In this document: piece by piece, positions 37,601 through 49,680 of the stretch
How positions within the stretch are numbered: position 1 is the first letter of the stretch
Layout: every line of letters begins with the position of its first letter
Assembly (NCBI GenBank): GCA_003344405.1
Contig: NOWV01000298.1
Coordinates: forward strand, 1 to 59,223
Direction of reading: 5' to 3'
Length of the DNA stretch: 59,223 bases
From: Trichoplax sp. H2
Taxonomy: Eukaryota
The notes under the pieces: model-generated
Told to the model about the DNA's origin: nothing
Databases searched by the model: none
What the model saw: the letters and a program-made list of their open reading frames with translations, nothing else
Made by a program: the position numbers and the translations under genes

Positions 37601-40398
37601 TATCAGCCTAACATTAAATAACCTTTCTTGTGTCGCAGGATGAATCTATACGAAATGATTCAGAAAAATAATTTCAGAGGCTTTAGCATGGAAGTGGTTA
37701 GACGGTGCGTAGGACATTACTTATTGTTAAGAATTACAGTTGTTAACATCTAAAGTATTGAAATTTTCGAACCATTTTATATATTTATCGATTAGATAAG
37801 AAATATTAAATTAAAATTTAAATTGATATAGAATTTATAAGATTATTTTTTGGGTTCAATAGACTTGCAATATCTATCTTAAATTGCATGCGGTTACTGC
37901 AGAGAGAACGAATCATTCACTGCGATTTAAAGCCAGTAAGTTTCGGAAGTGGATATATTGTTATCAATTAAAGACCTTGAATTCTTCTAACTGAATTGCC
38001 ATATTTTAATTATTATAAAATATTAGGAAAATATTCTATTATCGAAACGGAGTAAAGTGGACATTAAAGTTATCGATTTTGGATCCAGCTGCTTCGAAGA
38101 TAAAATCGGTAATAGCATAAAATACGAATTGTATTATCATGGCATGTACTAGCTTTATAATTATGACTTGTGGCCAAAAGTTTGGGGGTGGTTCAAAATT
38201 TTATTTAAAATTAGAAAGACTAAATGGTGTTCAATTTTTATTCTAATGAAATTACGATAGCAGCTCTTTAATAAAATTAGCATTATAGAATTAGGTAGGA
38301 TTGAGTGGAATGAGAGGCAGTCGTCTTGTTAAAGTAGCGGTTATTCTATGTTTACGGGCAAAATTTGTTCTTCTTAATGTAAGGACTTTGCTTAGTTAAT
38401 GTTTAGAATAGAATTTTGGTCATTCAGCTATTTTTTCGCAGTTGTGTAAAGATTAAGGGCGAAATATTATATAGTCCGGTCTAAAGAAGTCTCTAACTGT
38501 ATTAATGTTGGTATATTGTGAGAGGATCCGACTACTAGTTATTTTCTTCATTGTAATATTGGAGTTTGAAGCAATCTCAAATCAATGCTCTAAGATTTTT
38601 GTTTATTTTGAATTTATTGCTTGTTTATAGTCTACAAATACATCCAAAGTCGCTACTACCGTGCACCGGAAGTGATCTTAGGTAAGCTAGGTTGTCTTAT
38701 TAACGTACAATACATTTGCAAATGCTGATATATTTGGCTGTACGAAGTGAATATTCTATATTTGCTTGTACAGGCTGATAAAATTAATTTTCCTGAATGA
38801 TTTGCTGTTAACATAAACTAGGGATCCGATATAACTTAGCCATTGATATGTGGAGTTTGGGCTGTATACTTGCGGAGTTATATTCAGGTTAAAGTAAAGC
38901 TTTAATTAATCTTATTTAGGTTACGTTAAATTTTTACGTTTGATCAGAGATAAATAAGTTGCATTGTTGTAGTTATTTCAATGCTGATAAATGCAGGAAT
39001 TACATAATTAGGAACTGTACTACATAGTAACTATCTACTCTAATGCTATGTTATAGTTTGTAAACTAAGCTGAAATCAGGAGATTGTCTTACTGGACTCA
39101 TAATTAATATATAGTAATTCTATATTCTTTAATTAACTTATCGGAAATGAAAAATGTTACTTATGATACCGTTAATTTTATATTAGGTGTCCCAATGTTC
39201 CCTGGTGAAAACGAAGCAGAACAACTCGCATTAATGATGGAGGTAGCCAAAATTATGAATTTAAGAATCTTATGTTTAAAGTATTTTCCTAAATTTCGTT
39301 TAGGGTATCAGATAGTTTGTATCGCTTAGAAATTATTTGATCAGGTCTAAAACGTATCATATAAACCTAAAATTATAATCCGCGATGAATAAGGGACCTG
39401 ACAAATTTTAAAGTAATCGGTTTGTAATAATAACTACTAGATGCTTGGCATACCTCCTCGTGAGATCCTAATCAATCGTGATCGGAAAGCATGCTTTTTT
39501 GGTTAGTATTAAAAATAATTGATAGGAATTACTTCACTTTACAAATCATTTATGACAGTGAACATACGAAAATTGAAAATATTGCTCTTGATTCTAGACT
39601 CAAAAGGTAATCCCAAGAATATTGTTAATTCAAGAGGAAAGACTCATTGGCCAAATAGTAAGAGACTATGTAACGTATTAAAATGCCACGATGAACTGTT
39701 CTTAAACTTTTTGGAGAAATGTTTCGTGTAAGTGAATTGGTATACTTTCGTATATCATATGAAAGCTAGCAATAATAATGTCAATCAAGGAAGGATTTTA
39801 ACATTACGAATTTTTGTAGCTTTCTAGAGTATTTCATAGCTAATCATTGAACTAAACTTAGTATATTTATTTATTGTAGCATAAGATATTTTAACTCAAG
39901 TTTTCAAATAATTAGAGGTTTACACACATATGCTTGGCTTACTCAATCTCTTATAGTATGCTATTAATAATAAAATTTTAGCTGGAATCCGCTGTATCGC
40001 ATGAAACCCGATGAAGCTTGGGAACATCCGTGGATTCAAGCGGTATGGCATTAGTTATAATTATTAATACCTGACCCACATTTGAAGTTCACTACATAAG
40101 TAGATGTATTTGAAATTAAATATTTATCGAATACCTAAATTAGGGCATGAAATCATCTAAAAGCAATAGTAAGTCGCTGATATCTAGCAAATTTAGTACA
40201 CGTGGCTTAATGGGCAGTAAGAAGCATCGCTCTCATCATGGTAGTCTTAAGAAGAAAACAAATGATGTTCATTATACGCACGATAAAGCATCTCAAGAGA
40301 ATTTACGATACGTATACGAAGATTCGAAGAATAAATCTGCACATGATGGCTATAATAAGCCCAATGAGGTTGATGTTACATTGCCGCCTATTCAATAG
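34616..40398 (+). CDS. DYRK4: Class 2 dual-specificity tyrosine-regulated kinase, DYRK4-like, ~513 aa; exons 34616-34645, 35163-35198, 35300-35349, 35503-35585, 35776-35907, 36030-36198, 37013-37067, 37196-37248, 37510-37542, 37639-37704, 37863-37935, 38027-38108, 38631-38681, 38822-38887, 39187-39242, 39441-39501, 39598-39727, 39982-40042, 40144-40398
   Basis: NAPA-like [14 protein letters not shown] box [74 protein letters not shown] and C-terminal LPPI. All junctions are GT-AG and frame-consistent. The first 3-4 exons are less certain, and DYRK4 versus DYRK2/3 needs a phylogeny. Confidence 0.88.
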
Positions 40399-42167
40399 AA
40401 TGAAAACTTACAAACCCTTTAAATTCTGGAAATGTCTGTAATATCTGGAATTAACTTAAACACAAAAACTGTGTATTAATGATATACTCTGTAGGATGTC
40501 TTGAGATTCAGAATTTCCAATTCGCTATGGTATCAAGTCCTCTTCCAGTTTGAGATATCACACAAACAATAATTCTAATTATCTATCATGAATTTTATGA
40601 CCTTGTAATCTATCTAGACCGTATACTTCACTCCACTAAACCATGTTTATTTATATTTCTTTAGTAAAATTTACTACTAGAATTTGTTCAATTACTGTAG
40701 CGTTTATTACTTTTGTGTAGAAGTAGAATTCGAGTGAATGGCTTCCTCTCAAAAAGTATATTTTCCCCCTAGTTTAGTAGATTCTGTTATATTTATGATA
40801 GCTTCAAATTATGTCTGAAACTTTATATCATGTAAATTGAATATTTTAAGACGATAATCAGTATTTTTAATGATTGATTCGAGCTCTAGCAATTCATATA
40901 CTTATAGAATCATGCATATTGTAGCGCTTAATGTAACACAAGAAGTCATAAATGAAATTCTATTTAAAAATTTCACTATTGTGCATATTTATGTATACCA
41001 ACGTTAGTGACGAATATAAGTCATAACTTCATATGATATGTGTAGACTGTATCTTGCCAGATTTACAATTCCGGCATAAACGTATTCAGGAAATATCATT
41101 GGTTGTATTTGCTCATGTTAACAGATTTTACATTGAATAAAATACATACAAAACGAGTGGTATATAAATTTATTGTGTACTGATAACTACTATGAATGTT
41201 TCGGGCGTTGCTGAACACTTACAAATAATGCATATAAATATCAATATTATGCAAAAGTTAACACATTTACCAATGAAAATATTTAGCATTCAGCAGCAGT
41301 GATTAATTAGTGAATGACTTACGATACCTTGTTAGCTTTAGTTACTTTGCGTAAAAAATTTAATTTATTGACTATAGTTTAATTGATAGTACTGTTACTT
41401 TTTTTCAACTCTTTCATCATACCGATAGATCTCATTTCCAAAGATATCTTTGTTTACTTTTTAAGATACATGCTGCATCAGAATTACATCAATCTCAACG
41501 CATGAAAAACAGCATGAAGCATACCCGTTAGCAAGAGCAAGAGTAACTTTGATGGATTCTTCCTTACTAGTTACGTATAGGTACTAAGTAAGACGGGACT
41601 TGAAGAACGGTGCAAATACTACCGTTAAAGTATCAAACTTTTATAAAGTCAAAGGATAAAGCATAAGAGGAATAGTTATTACTATACCTTTATCGATAGG
41701 TAAAGTAGCGTATATTCTAAAACATATAGCAATTGCGCCGAAATATAAAATAAAATAGTCCTTTAATAACTCCTAAGTTCTCAAATTCAAAGTAACGTAA
41801 TTACTCACTTAAGGTGCATTAGCGGATTAGCACGCAGTAAATTACTGCTTTCTAAAAATTGACATGTACGAAGCGACAACCAGGACAAAAATCTAAGTCG
41901 ATTTTTATAGGCATTCAGTACAATGAAATCTTGCTAATTTTGCAGTTACTAGTCGTAAAAGTTTACATGTTTACAATCACAGCCAGTGAGTGTATATACG
42001 GTATATATGAGATATCAAGGCGGATTTTTCCCTTTATTTTAAACCCTTATACGTAGATATTATATATACAAATGTGCTACTACAACAATTCACAAAGAAA
42101 TAATTAGTAGATAATTAACTATCCTGGGTATTTAATCTACTATCGGTGACATTTCATTCTAAATTTG

Positions 42168-43613
42168 TTACAGCTGCAACTTTTTCCTGTAGACATATCC
42201 TAAAGCCAGAATCGAAGAAATGCATAATGCCATTCCCGTTATGCTTCCAAAGATGCCACTAGCTTCATTATTTTTCACCTTCCTTTCCAATAGTCTCATT
42301 CTTTCTTCTTGATCTCTTAATCGTAAGTACAAGTTAATAAGTTTATCATCGTTTCTCAGTTGCATAAATTCTTGATAACTAATCTGGTCATCTGATTCGT
42401 TATCCTCCATTTCTGAAGTTTCTGCAGCAGTCACTTCTTCTGGAGCCTGGGATTCTTCTTTCACACTGTTAGTGGAGATTCTAATTCAGATATAAAAATT
42501 TATCATTTTCGTCAATAACACATTAAATGGTACCAAATTGATTTACAGTTGATTTGAGTGCAATTTTTATGAACTACACGTACATCATCATACTGGAATA
42601 AAGGTACATTTAAATCTAAGCAATCTATTGCACAACACATCGAGGGTTATTTTTTATCCTAAACTGTACAATACCATATGGATAAGACGATTACTGCAAT
42701 GAAATGTAAGAAATTCTTCGATATCAGGAAAGTAAATTATCAGTAACACATAATGTTGAATTTAAAACTAGAAGTTTGATTCTTCCGATACAACATTTAC
42801 TAAACAGTATTTACTATTTGTGATAAGCTGGAGGCGTGAGGAGCATTTGCTATCGAATTTTATAAATTGTATCGTATGTTAATATGTAAAAACTGACTGA
42901 TTTTTGTAATCCTACTGAATTTAACCATGGTGCTTAATTGATAGATTTCCACTTGTTGATAATAAGACGAGTCTAGAGCCGATAGGCTTACTGTACTTAT
43001 TTTATCACACACCCATCCTAATATCGTATTATTATAATAACAGTTTTTAATCCTACGTTGTACTAGTTATAACATTAATATTATTTTCAGAAAAGCGTTG
43101 CAATGATAGCTTATAAGATCGGTTTTTTTGGGGGGGGCGGAGCGGAGGGGAAATTGTCCTTTGAGAGACTTCTGTTAATGATCAAATGCCATCTATCAAG
43201 GTTGCATCCATCTAAAGTACATCATGGCGCAATTTATAGTATACTTACTTATCATCTGGCACATTTTGATTATTACTGGGCATACTGGCACTTTCAGACT
43301 TATACCACATCGGCTTCTTCTGATATGTTCTACTTTCATTGATAGTTAATTTACTTGGTACAGTTTCATAGTTATCACTGCTGATATCATTTATTCGATG
43401 GGTAACTTCAAATTCACTTATGTCACCATGAAGGTATTTTTGAGTAAAATCGTTATCTTCCTTACGTTTACCAGAATACGAAATCGACTCCGGCATCGTC
43501 ATCATTGGGTAAAAACTATTACTGCTTTCTTCACTTAGATCGCCGGTACCATTGCTTGAATTATTATCAAAGGCCAACTGGTCTGGCAAGTTCATCTCGT
43601 TACTGTCCATCAT
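42168..43613 (-). CDS. MFF: Mitochondrial fission factor-like tail-anchored protein, ~225 aa; exons 43249-43613, 42168-42480 (internal exons possible)
   Basis: Phase-2 GT-AG junction. N-terminal MTMPESISY and VPSKLTINE resemble the MFF MxVPExI and PPRVLTLxE motifs. Then an acidic linker, coiled coil LRLRDQEERMRLLERKVK, a single C-terminal TM and a basic tail YRKK. Confidence 0.65.
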
Positions 43614-43678
43614 TTCACTGCCAATAAAAATTCCCAAGCGAGATGATCGCGCAATCCTTATGGTAGCAGTTGTAGCTT

Positions 43679-44260
43679 GTAGTACAGTACTACAACGGTA
43701 GAATTTGCTCTCTACTCGGTAGCAATTCTTGTTCACAACTGTACAGATTCTGCTCAGTTCCCTTTTAGGCCACTGTAGGTCTTACAGTGCAGACAGTACA
43801 TCAAACCTCTACAGTATGTACTGTACAGTGTACAGTATGCAGTACTGTAACGAGAGATCTACAAGGTGTACAGTACAGTACTGTACGGATACGGTAGTGT
43901 TGCCTTAAATTATGACTTTAAATTGTGAAGAAATGGACTTTCAATTTGGCTCCAATTCCAATGCAGACAGATCAGTACAACCTTAAGCAATTGGTTCTGA
44001 TAGTTTTATTACTTTCAATCGCAGTATTGTATAATTCTATTTCTTTCAAGTTTCTCGTACAAACTATCAGTTGCTGTTACATGGGCTGTCGCCCCAACCA
44101 TTTTATAAGTCACGTCGTAATACTGTACCAATCTTAAAGTACTGTACAGTGTACAGTACTGTAATGTAGAATGTACTGTAGATCCAAGTCAGAAAGTGAC
44201 TCAAAAGTGGACAGTACTGTAAGATAGAACTGTACAAACTACAATATAGTAGTACAAGCA
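43679..44260. promoter_or_regulatory. TACAGTA/TACTGTA-rich clusters upstream of the MFF-like gene
   Basis: Dense motif copies at about 43679-43890 and 44120-44260, directly 5' of the MFF-like start on the minus strand. Confidence 0.5.
43969..44068 (+). repeat. ~100-bp repeat, inverted partner of 49893-50007
   Basis: Shares AGCAATTGG, TTTTATTACTTTC, GCAGTATTG, TATTTCTTTCAAGTTTCT and TACAAACTATC, in that order, with the reverse complement of 49893-50007. Confidence 0.75.
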
Positions 44261-44744
44261 ATATGGCAGCATGTAAAAATGTCTCAGATTCCTTGCTGAA
44301 ATATTGCCATAGAGGGTTCAACTCTAGACTGTGAGAAATTGAGAAATTTAGTAGTTCATGATTCGACATTTTGGAAATAGATTCGATACTTTTGATTGCA
44401 AGTTGCAATACTGCAGCACTCTAACAGAATATCTCTGGTGACAGTCTTCCTCTACATTATTCGGGATATTTTAGCAAGAAATCCGTGATCATATGCTTTA
44501 TACGAAACTGAATCAGTCAAGCACTGTAATTGTACGATCATACAGTATTGTATGTAGAACTATGACGAATAATTAATCTATAATGTGCACTTTGTCTATT
44601 TATACTGTGTGTATATATAAATAAAATTGACTAACCATTTCTTCTTTTAAATATTAAACTATTCAGAGTCATAGTACATTTAGCAAAAATTGGCTTGATA
44701 TTTATTATCAAATAATTTAGTAGTAGCGATTACACATCGATAAA

Positions 44745-44952
44745 AGGTTAACTAACCAGAGAGTATGATTTTTATTACATTACACATTAATACATTATAT
44801 GCAGCTTAATGCTGATGTGTGAGAGAGCATTCAGTCTTACAGTTTCAGAGGTTAACTAACTAGAGAGTATAATTTTTATTACATCACACATTAATACATT
44901 ATATGCAGCTTAATGCTGATGTGTGAGAGAGCATTCAGTCTTACAGTTTCAG
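44745..44952 (+). repeat. Tandem duplication, 2 x 104 bp
   Basis: 44745-44848 and 44849-44952 are identical apart from 3 substitutions. Confidence 0.95.
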
Positions 44953-45372
44953 TAACATGAGAATAATATCTTGAGTAAAATCCTACCTGCGATGCAGTAA
45001 TTCAATATGAGTTGATGATATTTGCGAGTTGAAGAGGTAGAATAAAGACATTTATATAGGCTGTGTTTATTAAGCTAAAAATAGTGAAAAGAGAATATTT
45101 GTAATCTGCTTATGAAAAGCAATTGCTGTAATATCATCTCGATAGCGACCTGAAAATTATTTTAAAAAACATTTTTAAAGATATTTAAACAATTGCCGAT
45201 TTTTATACCATGTTTTTATTTACTAAACTATTAAAACATCGATCGTTTTACAAGATTTAGTGATCATTGAGTAGGCAAGAATAGAAAAAAATGGTCCATT
45301 CGTACGGACTATTTAAGTTCGGAAAATGATACAATTCGGCACTTAAATACCGTTAAAAATCTGGATTAAAAA

Positions 45373-48300
45373 TTATACAGTAGTAACTTTAGATACATGT
45401 TTTTTTTCTGTAGGTTTTCGCAATTTAATAGAAGCAGCTGGAAGCTCATTATTATCAACGGTTGCAGCAATGCCCTCCTTTCTATTACATACATTCTCAT
45501 CATCACTTTCTGCTACAGCATGTAATGCACCACCAAATTTGACCTTAAAGGCGAATGTTATGTATACTAACAAACTTAAAATAATAAACGTAACTGATAC
45601 AAGAATTAAGATCCAAAACGTATCAATTTGAGGTAGAATTAAGACAAGAACAAATTGAATTAGGTCTAGAATGTTATTGAGAGCGTCTTGAACACCACCA
45701 ACGATACCACGTTCAGCCTCACTAACGTGTTCTTGGAATAATTGTGTAGTACTCAAATCATACATCCACAAGCCGGTTCGTGAGCAAACTATTCCAATCA
45801 TAAATAAAATGATTGAGATCGATGGCACTAAGAAGCTATCGCAGTTTACGCTGTAAAAATAAAAAAGATGGCATATTAACATATAAATAGCATATCTAGA
45901 AAATATTATCACAACGGTTAAAATTTTACCGATAGGAATTGCTTGCTGCCGAGTTGTTTGTCAGTGAACAGTTTGTACTATTTAGGTCTAATGATTAAAG
46001 AAACAGTAATGATTGTGTGTCAAGTTTGCAAATATTTTGAAATACTTCATAAGAAAAGGTTACCGTTCAAAATGTAAAAACAAAGGAAAAGAAAGTTTAA
46101 ATTAATTGTAGTTAATAACCATCAGTTACTTTCTTCTTACCTATGATAGTTGGCTGATAAAGTGAGCTGCCTGGTGTAAATACTGATGCTACGCAAAACA
46201 TCAATGCTGATATTTGCAGTAAGAGTGATATGAGACCTGTCTTTACAAGTCCCATCCGATTTCGTAGAACCTGAAAAATATAGGTGCCTAAGACTCCAAA
46301 AATAGCTCCAGCTGCGCGAGCTAAGCTAACAAAACCTTCGGAAATACCTCGAGCATATATATAGCCTTACATGAAAAGTAATAATATAATCAGGACAATA
46401 CTTGATGAAAAACATGCAACATTATACTAATCATGAGAAAAAAATACCTGTTGTTACTACGTTAAATCCCAATACTGTCAAGTACAGAATTGCCAATGAA
46501 ACTCCAGCTCTAGCAACATCTTGCTGCATAAAAGTATACCAGCCCCGCTTTAGAGACACAAAAGATGATACGATACGTTCAAGGGTGCATCCAGCCGATT
46601 TAACTTTTTCTACTTCTTCCGGCTGTCCATTTTCTATAAGAATGTGCGAAAAATGAGATCGGTCAAGTTGTTATAATAGCTAAGATATTAAAAATAATCA
46701 GTGCACTATTATGAGAGACTATTTACGCTTGTTACTCATTAAGGAATTCAGCTGAGTTTGCTTTAAACGTATTTCAGGTGCAGTATCGTAATACTTCCAA
46801 TATCAAATAGAAAAAAATGTACTACAAAAAATACCTTCCTCTATTTTGGTACCCTGCTGTTCTGATTCTGTTCCATCCGCAGTATTACATTGTTCAGCGT
46901 CTGTACTTTTCAATTTAATGGCCAGACGTGGTACTTTCAAGTATATTTTTATAAATACGTAATACTCGATGATAAAAGAGATTACATTCCAAGCCCCAAT
47001 AAAGATTGCTCCGACTAGCATTGAAGAAAAATCAATTAGCTGACCAACAGCTATTGGAGCCACAATAGCACAGACTAGATCAATTCGTCTCATCTTGGCA
47101 TTAAGATCTACATCAAATACGAATTAAATAACAGCGAAAAAATTATGTTAATATTAGATGATGGTATACATAGAAAATTAGCGAATTCTTATAAAACTTT
47201 TCACCTGCTAGAGCAGATTTACTGCCAACAGAAATAACAACGATCCAATCTCGAGTGATTGCAATTTTATGCGTGATACTTGCTAGATTGGCAAGTGTTC
47301 CAGTAGTGATTAAGACTACTTGTAAAACAACAGTGACGGTCGCTGATACTTTAACTTCTAGAAGGACCAAGTAGACGCCAGCAGAAGCAATTACCAGAAA
47401 ATTCTGAGAAGCTAGCGTGATTTTCACAACTAAATAATAATAAAAATACAGTTAAATATCAGATAGTAAAATCAGAAATGATTTGCCAATACATCAAAAA
47501 GAAATTCTCAGTCTGTTTACGCTATAACCGTTAGAGTGAGCATGGAATGGAGGGAGACACAGCGACTTTGCTTATCTTATTCAATAAATTATAGTTACCA
47601 GAAAGTGGACTTACCACGAAGCCTATCACTAGAATCTACCCAGTCACCAAAAACAGGTGCAAAAACAATCGCCGTAATCGCAAGCGTTAGTCCATAAATA
47701 GCCGTCAGTAATAGTGAAGTAATATTTAGTCTAACCAAGAATAGACCCACTACAAACACCCACATACGATCTCCCTAAAAGTAAATGAAAGAATGAATTA
47801 TATGTAGAAAGTCGATTATTGAGAAGATTATGATTAGATTCTACGATAGAACAGTTACGTAGCATAGCAGGGTAGCTAATACACTAGGTTTTACACTTTG
47901 TATCCACTAAAAGTATAGAGTATTTTAAGAAAGGTCAAAATGAAATAAGGAAATTAATTTCATATTGTGTATAAATTTATAGACTATGAACTGTTAATAA
48001 TTAATTAGTGCAGTGTATATTTTCGTTTGGTTATTAAAAGATATGGCATACTAAATGGATAATAACTAGAAGTACTGTGTATATCTTTGGGATGTGTGCA
48101 TTAGTACATATTTGGATCCGGGACGAATGCACTGATCCATACACGTCCGTCTACTAATAAGGATTGGGGACACAGAATCTATACGATAATAACAAGTTGC
48201 TGAAAACAGAAAATTACAAGCCGACAACAACGAAAATAGAATGGGATTATGAACTAATTTACGTAGTTAATATCAGATGCATTAATCGGATCTAAGCTTT

Positions 48301-48646
48301 GCAGTATGGCATAATCGTTGCTATTAGCGTTAAAAGATCATGATGTGATTATAATGCAATTAATGCACTGCCCAGATGCTTGAATAATGAAAGATTGCTA
48401 CATATTCTATCTGTTGGTTGCGAATGTTTAAAAGTACGCCCAGTGACATGGTGCTACTCTAAAGCTAGCGAATATTATTAATTCATCAAAGCGGTATTAG
48501 AGCAGTAAATAGAGTATATGATGACAGAGCTTTTTAACTACAGCAATTTTACTTACCCAAGATGACAAAAAATGACCAATGCATATTAAAGTGGTTGGAG
48601 ATGTTAAAGTTTTTTTCAATTTCTGCAAGTTAGGTAAGGCAAGCAT
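45373..48646 (-). CDS. SLC40A1: Ferroportin (SLC40A1 iron exporter), ~564 aa; exons 48557-48646, 47615-47774, 47205-47429, 46835-47107, 46448-46633, 46141-46365, 45930-45987, 45373-45850
   Basis: Ferroportin motifs GHFLSSW|GDRMW, GDWVD, ANLAS...RDWIVV, NAKMRRID, YLTVLGF, GLVKTG, SRTGLWMYDL and ERGIVGGVQ. All introns are GT-AG and in frame. Confidence 0.95.
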
Positions 48647-49680
48647 ACTTGGCAACTTACTTCATCAGCGTTAATTGACGGGTACTAAAGTTTTATTGCG
48701 GTATACTCAACAATCGAGAAGTTCTGCTGGAAAAGTATTTTACAAAAGTTCGACAATATGCTGTACTTACACACTTCACAGTCGCATTGATGATCATATT
48801 CAATTGCTTTTAAGCACCAATTTGCCAATCAAAATATGACTGTGCTGCATTAATAACAGAGGCTATTTTACGTATACATTAATTAATTATGAATGCATGA
48901 TATTAAAATGCTACTAACTGATTAAGCGTAAAATTATCTTAAAAATATGGGCAACAGTTGATAACAATTTGCAATTAAGTGTAAGTAAGTAAAGCAAAGA
49001 ATTGAGAGAAAGGAGAAAGATAAGCTATGCGTCATGCTCTACCACGTCAAATCTACAAAATGAATCAAACAGGAAGGCTAAAATTATGAACTTTATGATT
49101 GTCCAATACGAAGCAAAATGCCATTATAAAATTATACAAGCACGTCCTATCGATCGATTAAGCCTAATTATGGTACAATAACGAGTTTGATATCAGATAC
49201 TTCTTAAATAGATAGCCCATTTTTACATGAAAGTGCTCACCTAGTTTCTACCTTTCGATGATAATAATTAATTAGCAGTTGTCGAAAGGGTATAATGCGT
49301 ATATGCAGTAGAATTTGTTCGTCATTCAGTCATAGGCTATATTCAGTGCATATTAAATGATTATCTCTTTCTAATTTTAGACTTCAAATTGCATTCATTC
49401 AATCCAATAGCAATAACAGCGTACATAGAAAGCGTACAATAAATTGCATGCCGGTCCACAAGGCTTGAATATGTACCTATTACAGTAATCCCCAACCTAT
49501 TCGTCGTTGTCGATTATATGATTATTATCAGTAGTAGGCTGATAAACGTCCCCAATAGTTCGGTAGAAAGGCTGCTTGGCGAATACTACTTGCACGTTAA
49601 CCTAGCTACAACTGTCGGTAGTTTAGCATTGGGATAAAAGACATTCGCAAGACGTTAGAATTGGTAGTGGAGACTTTCCC

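Noticed and set aside
43130..43150. G-quadruplex-like G-run in the MFF-like intron (also a G-run at ~13707-13716)
   Set aside because: Simple homopolymer tracts with no further evidence of function.
46726..46793. Extra ferroportin exon (YYDTAPEIRLKQ...)
   Set aside because: It would need a ~41-nt intron and is out of phase with the upstream donor. Exons 4 and 5 join in frame without it.
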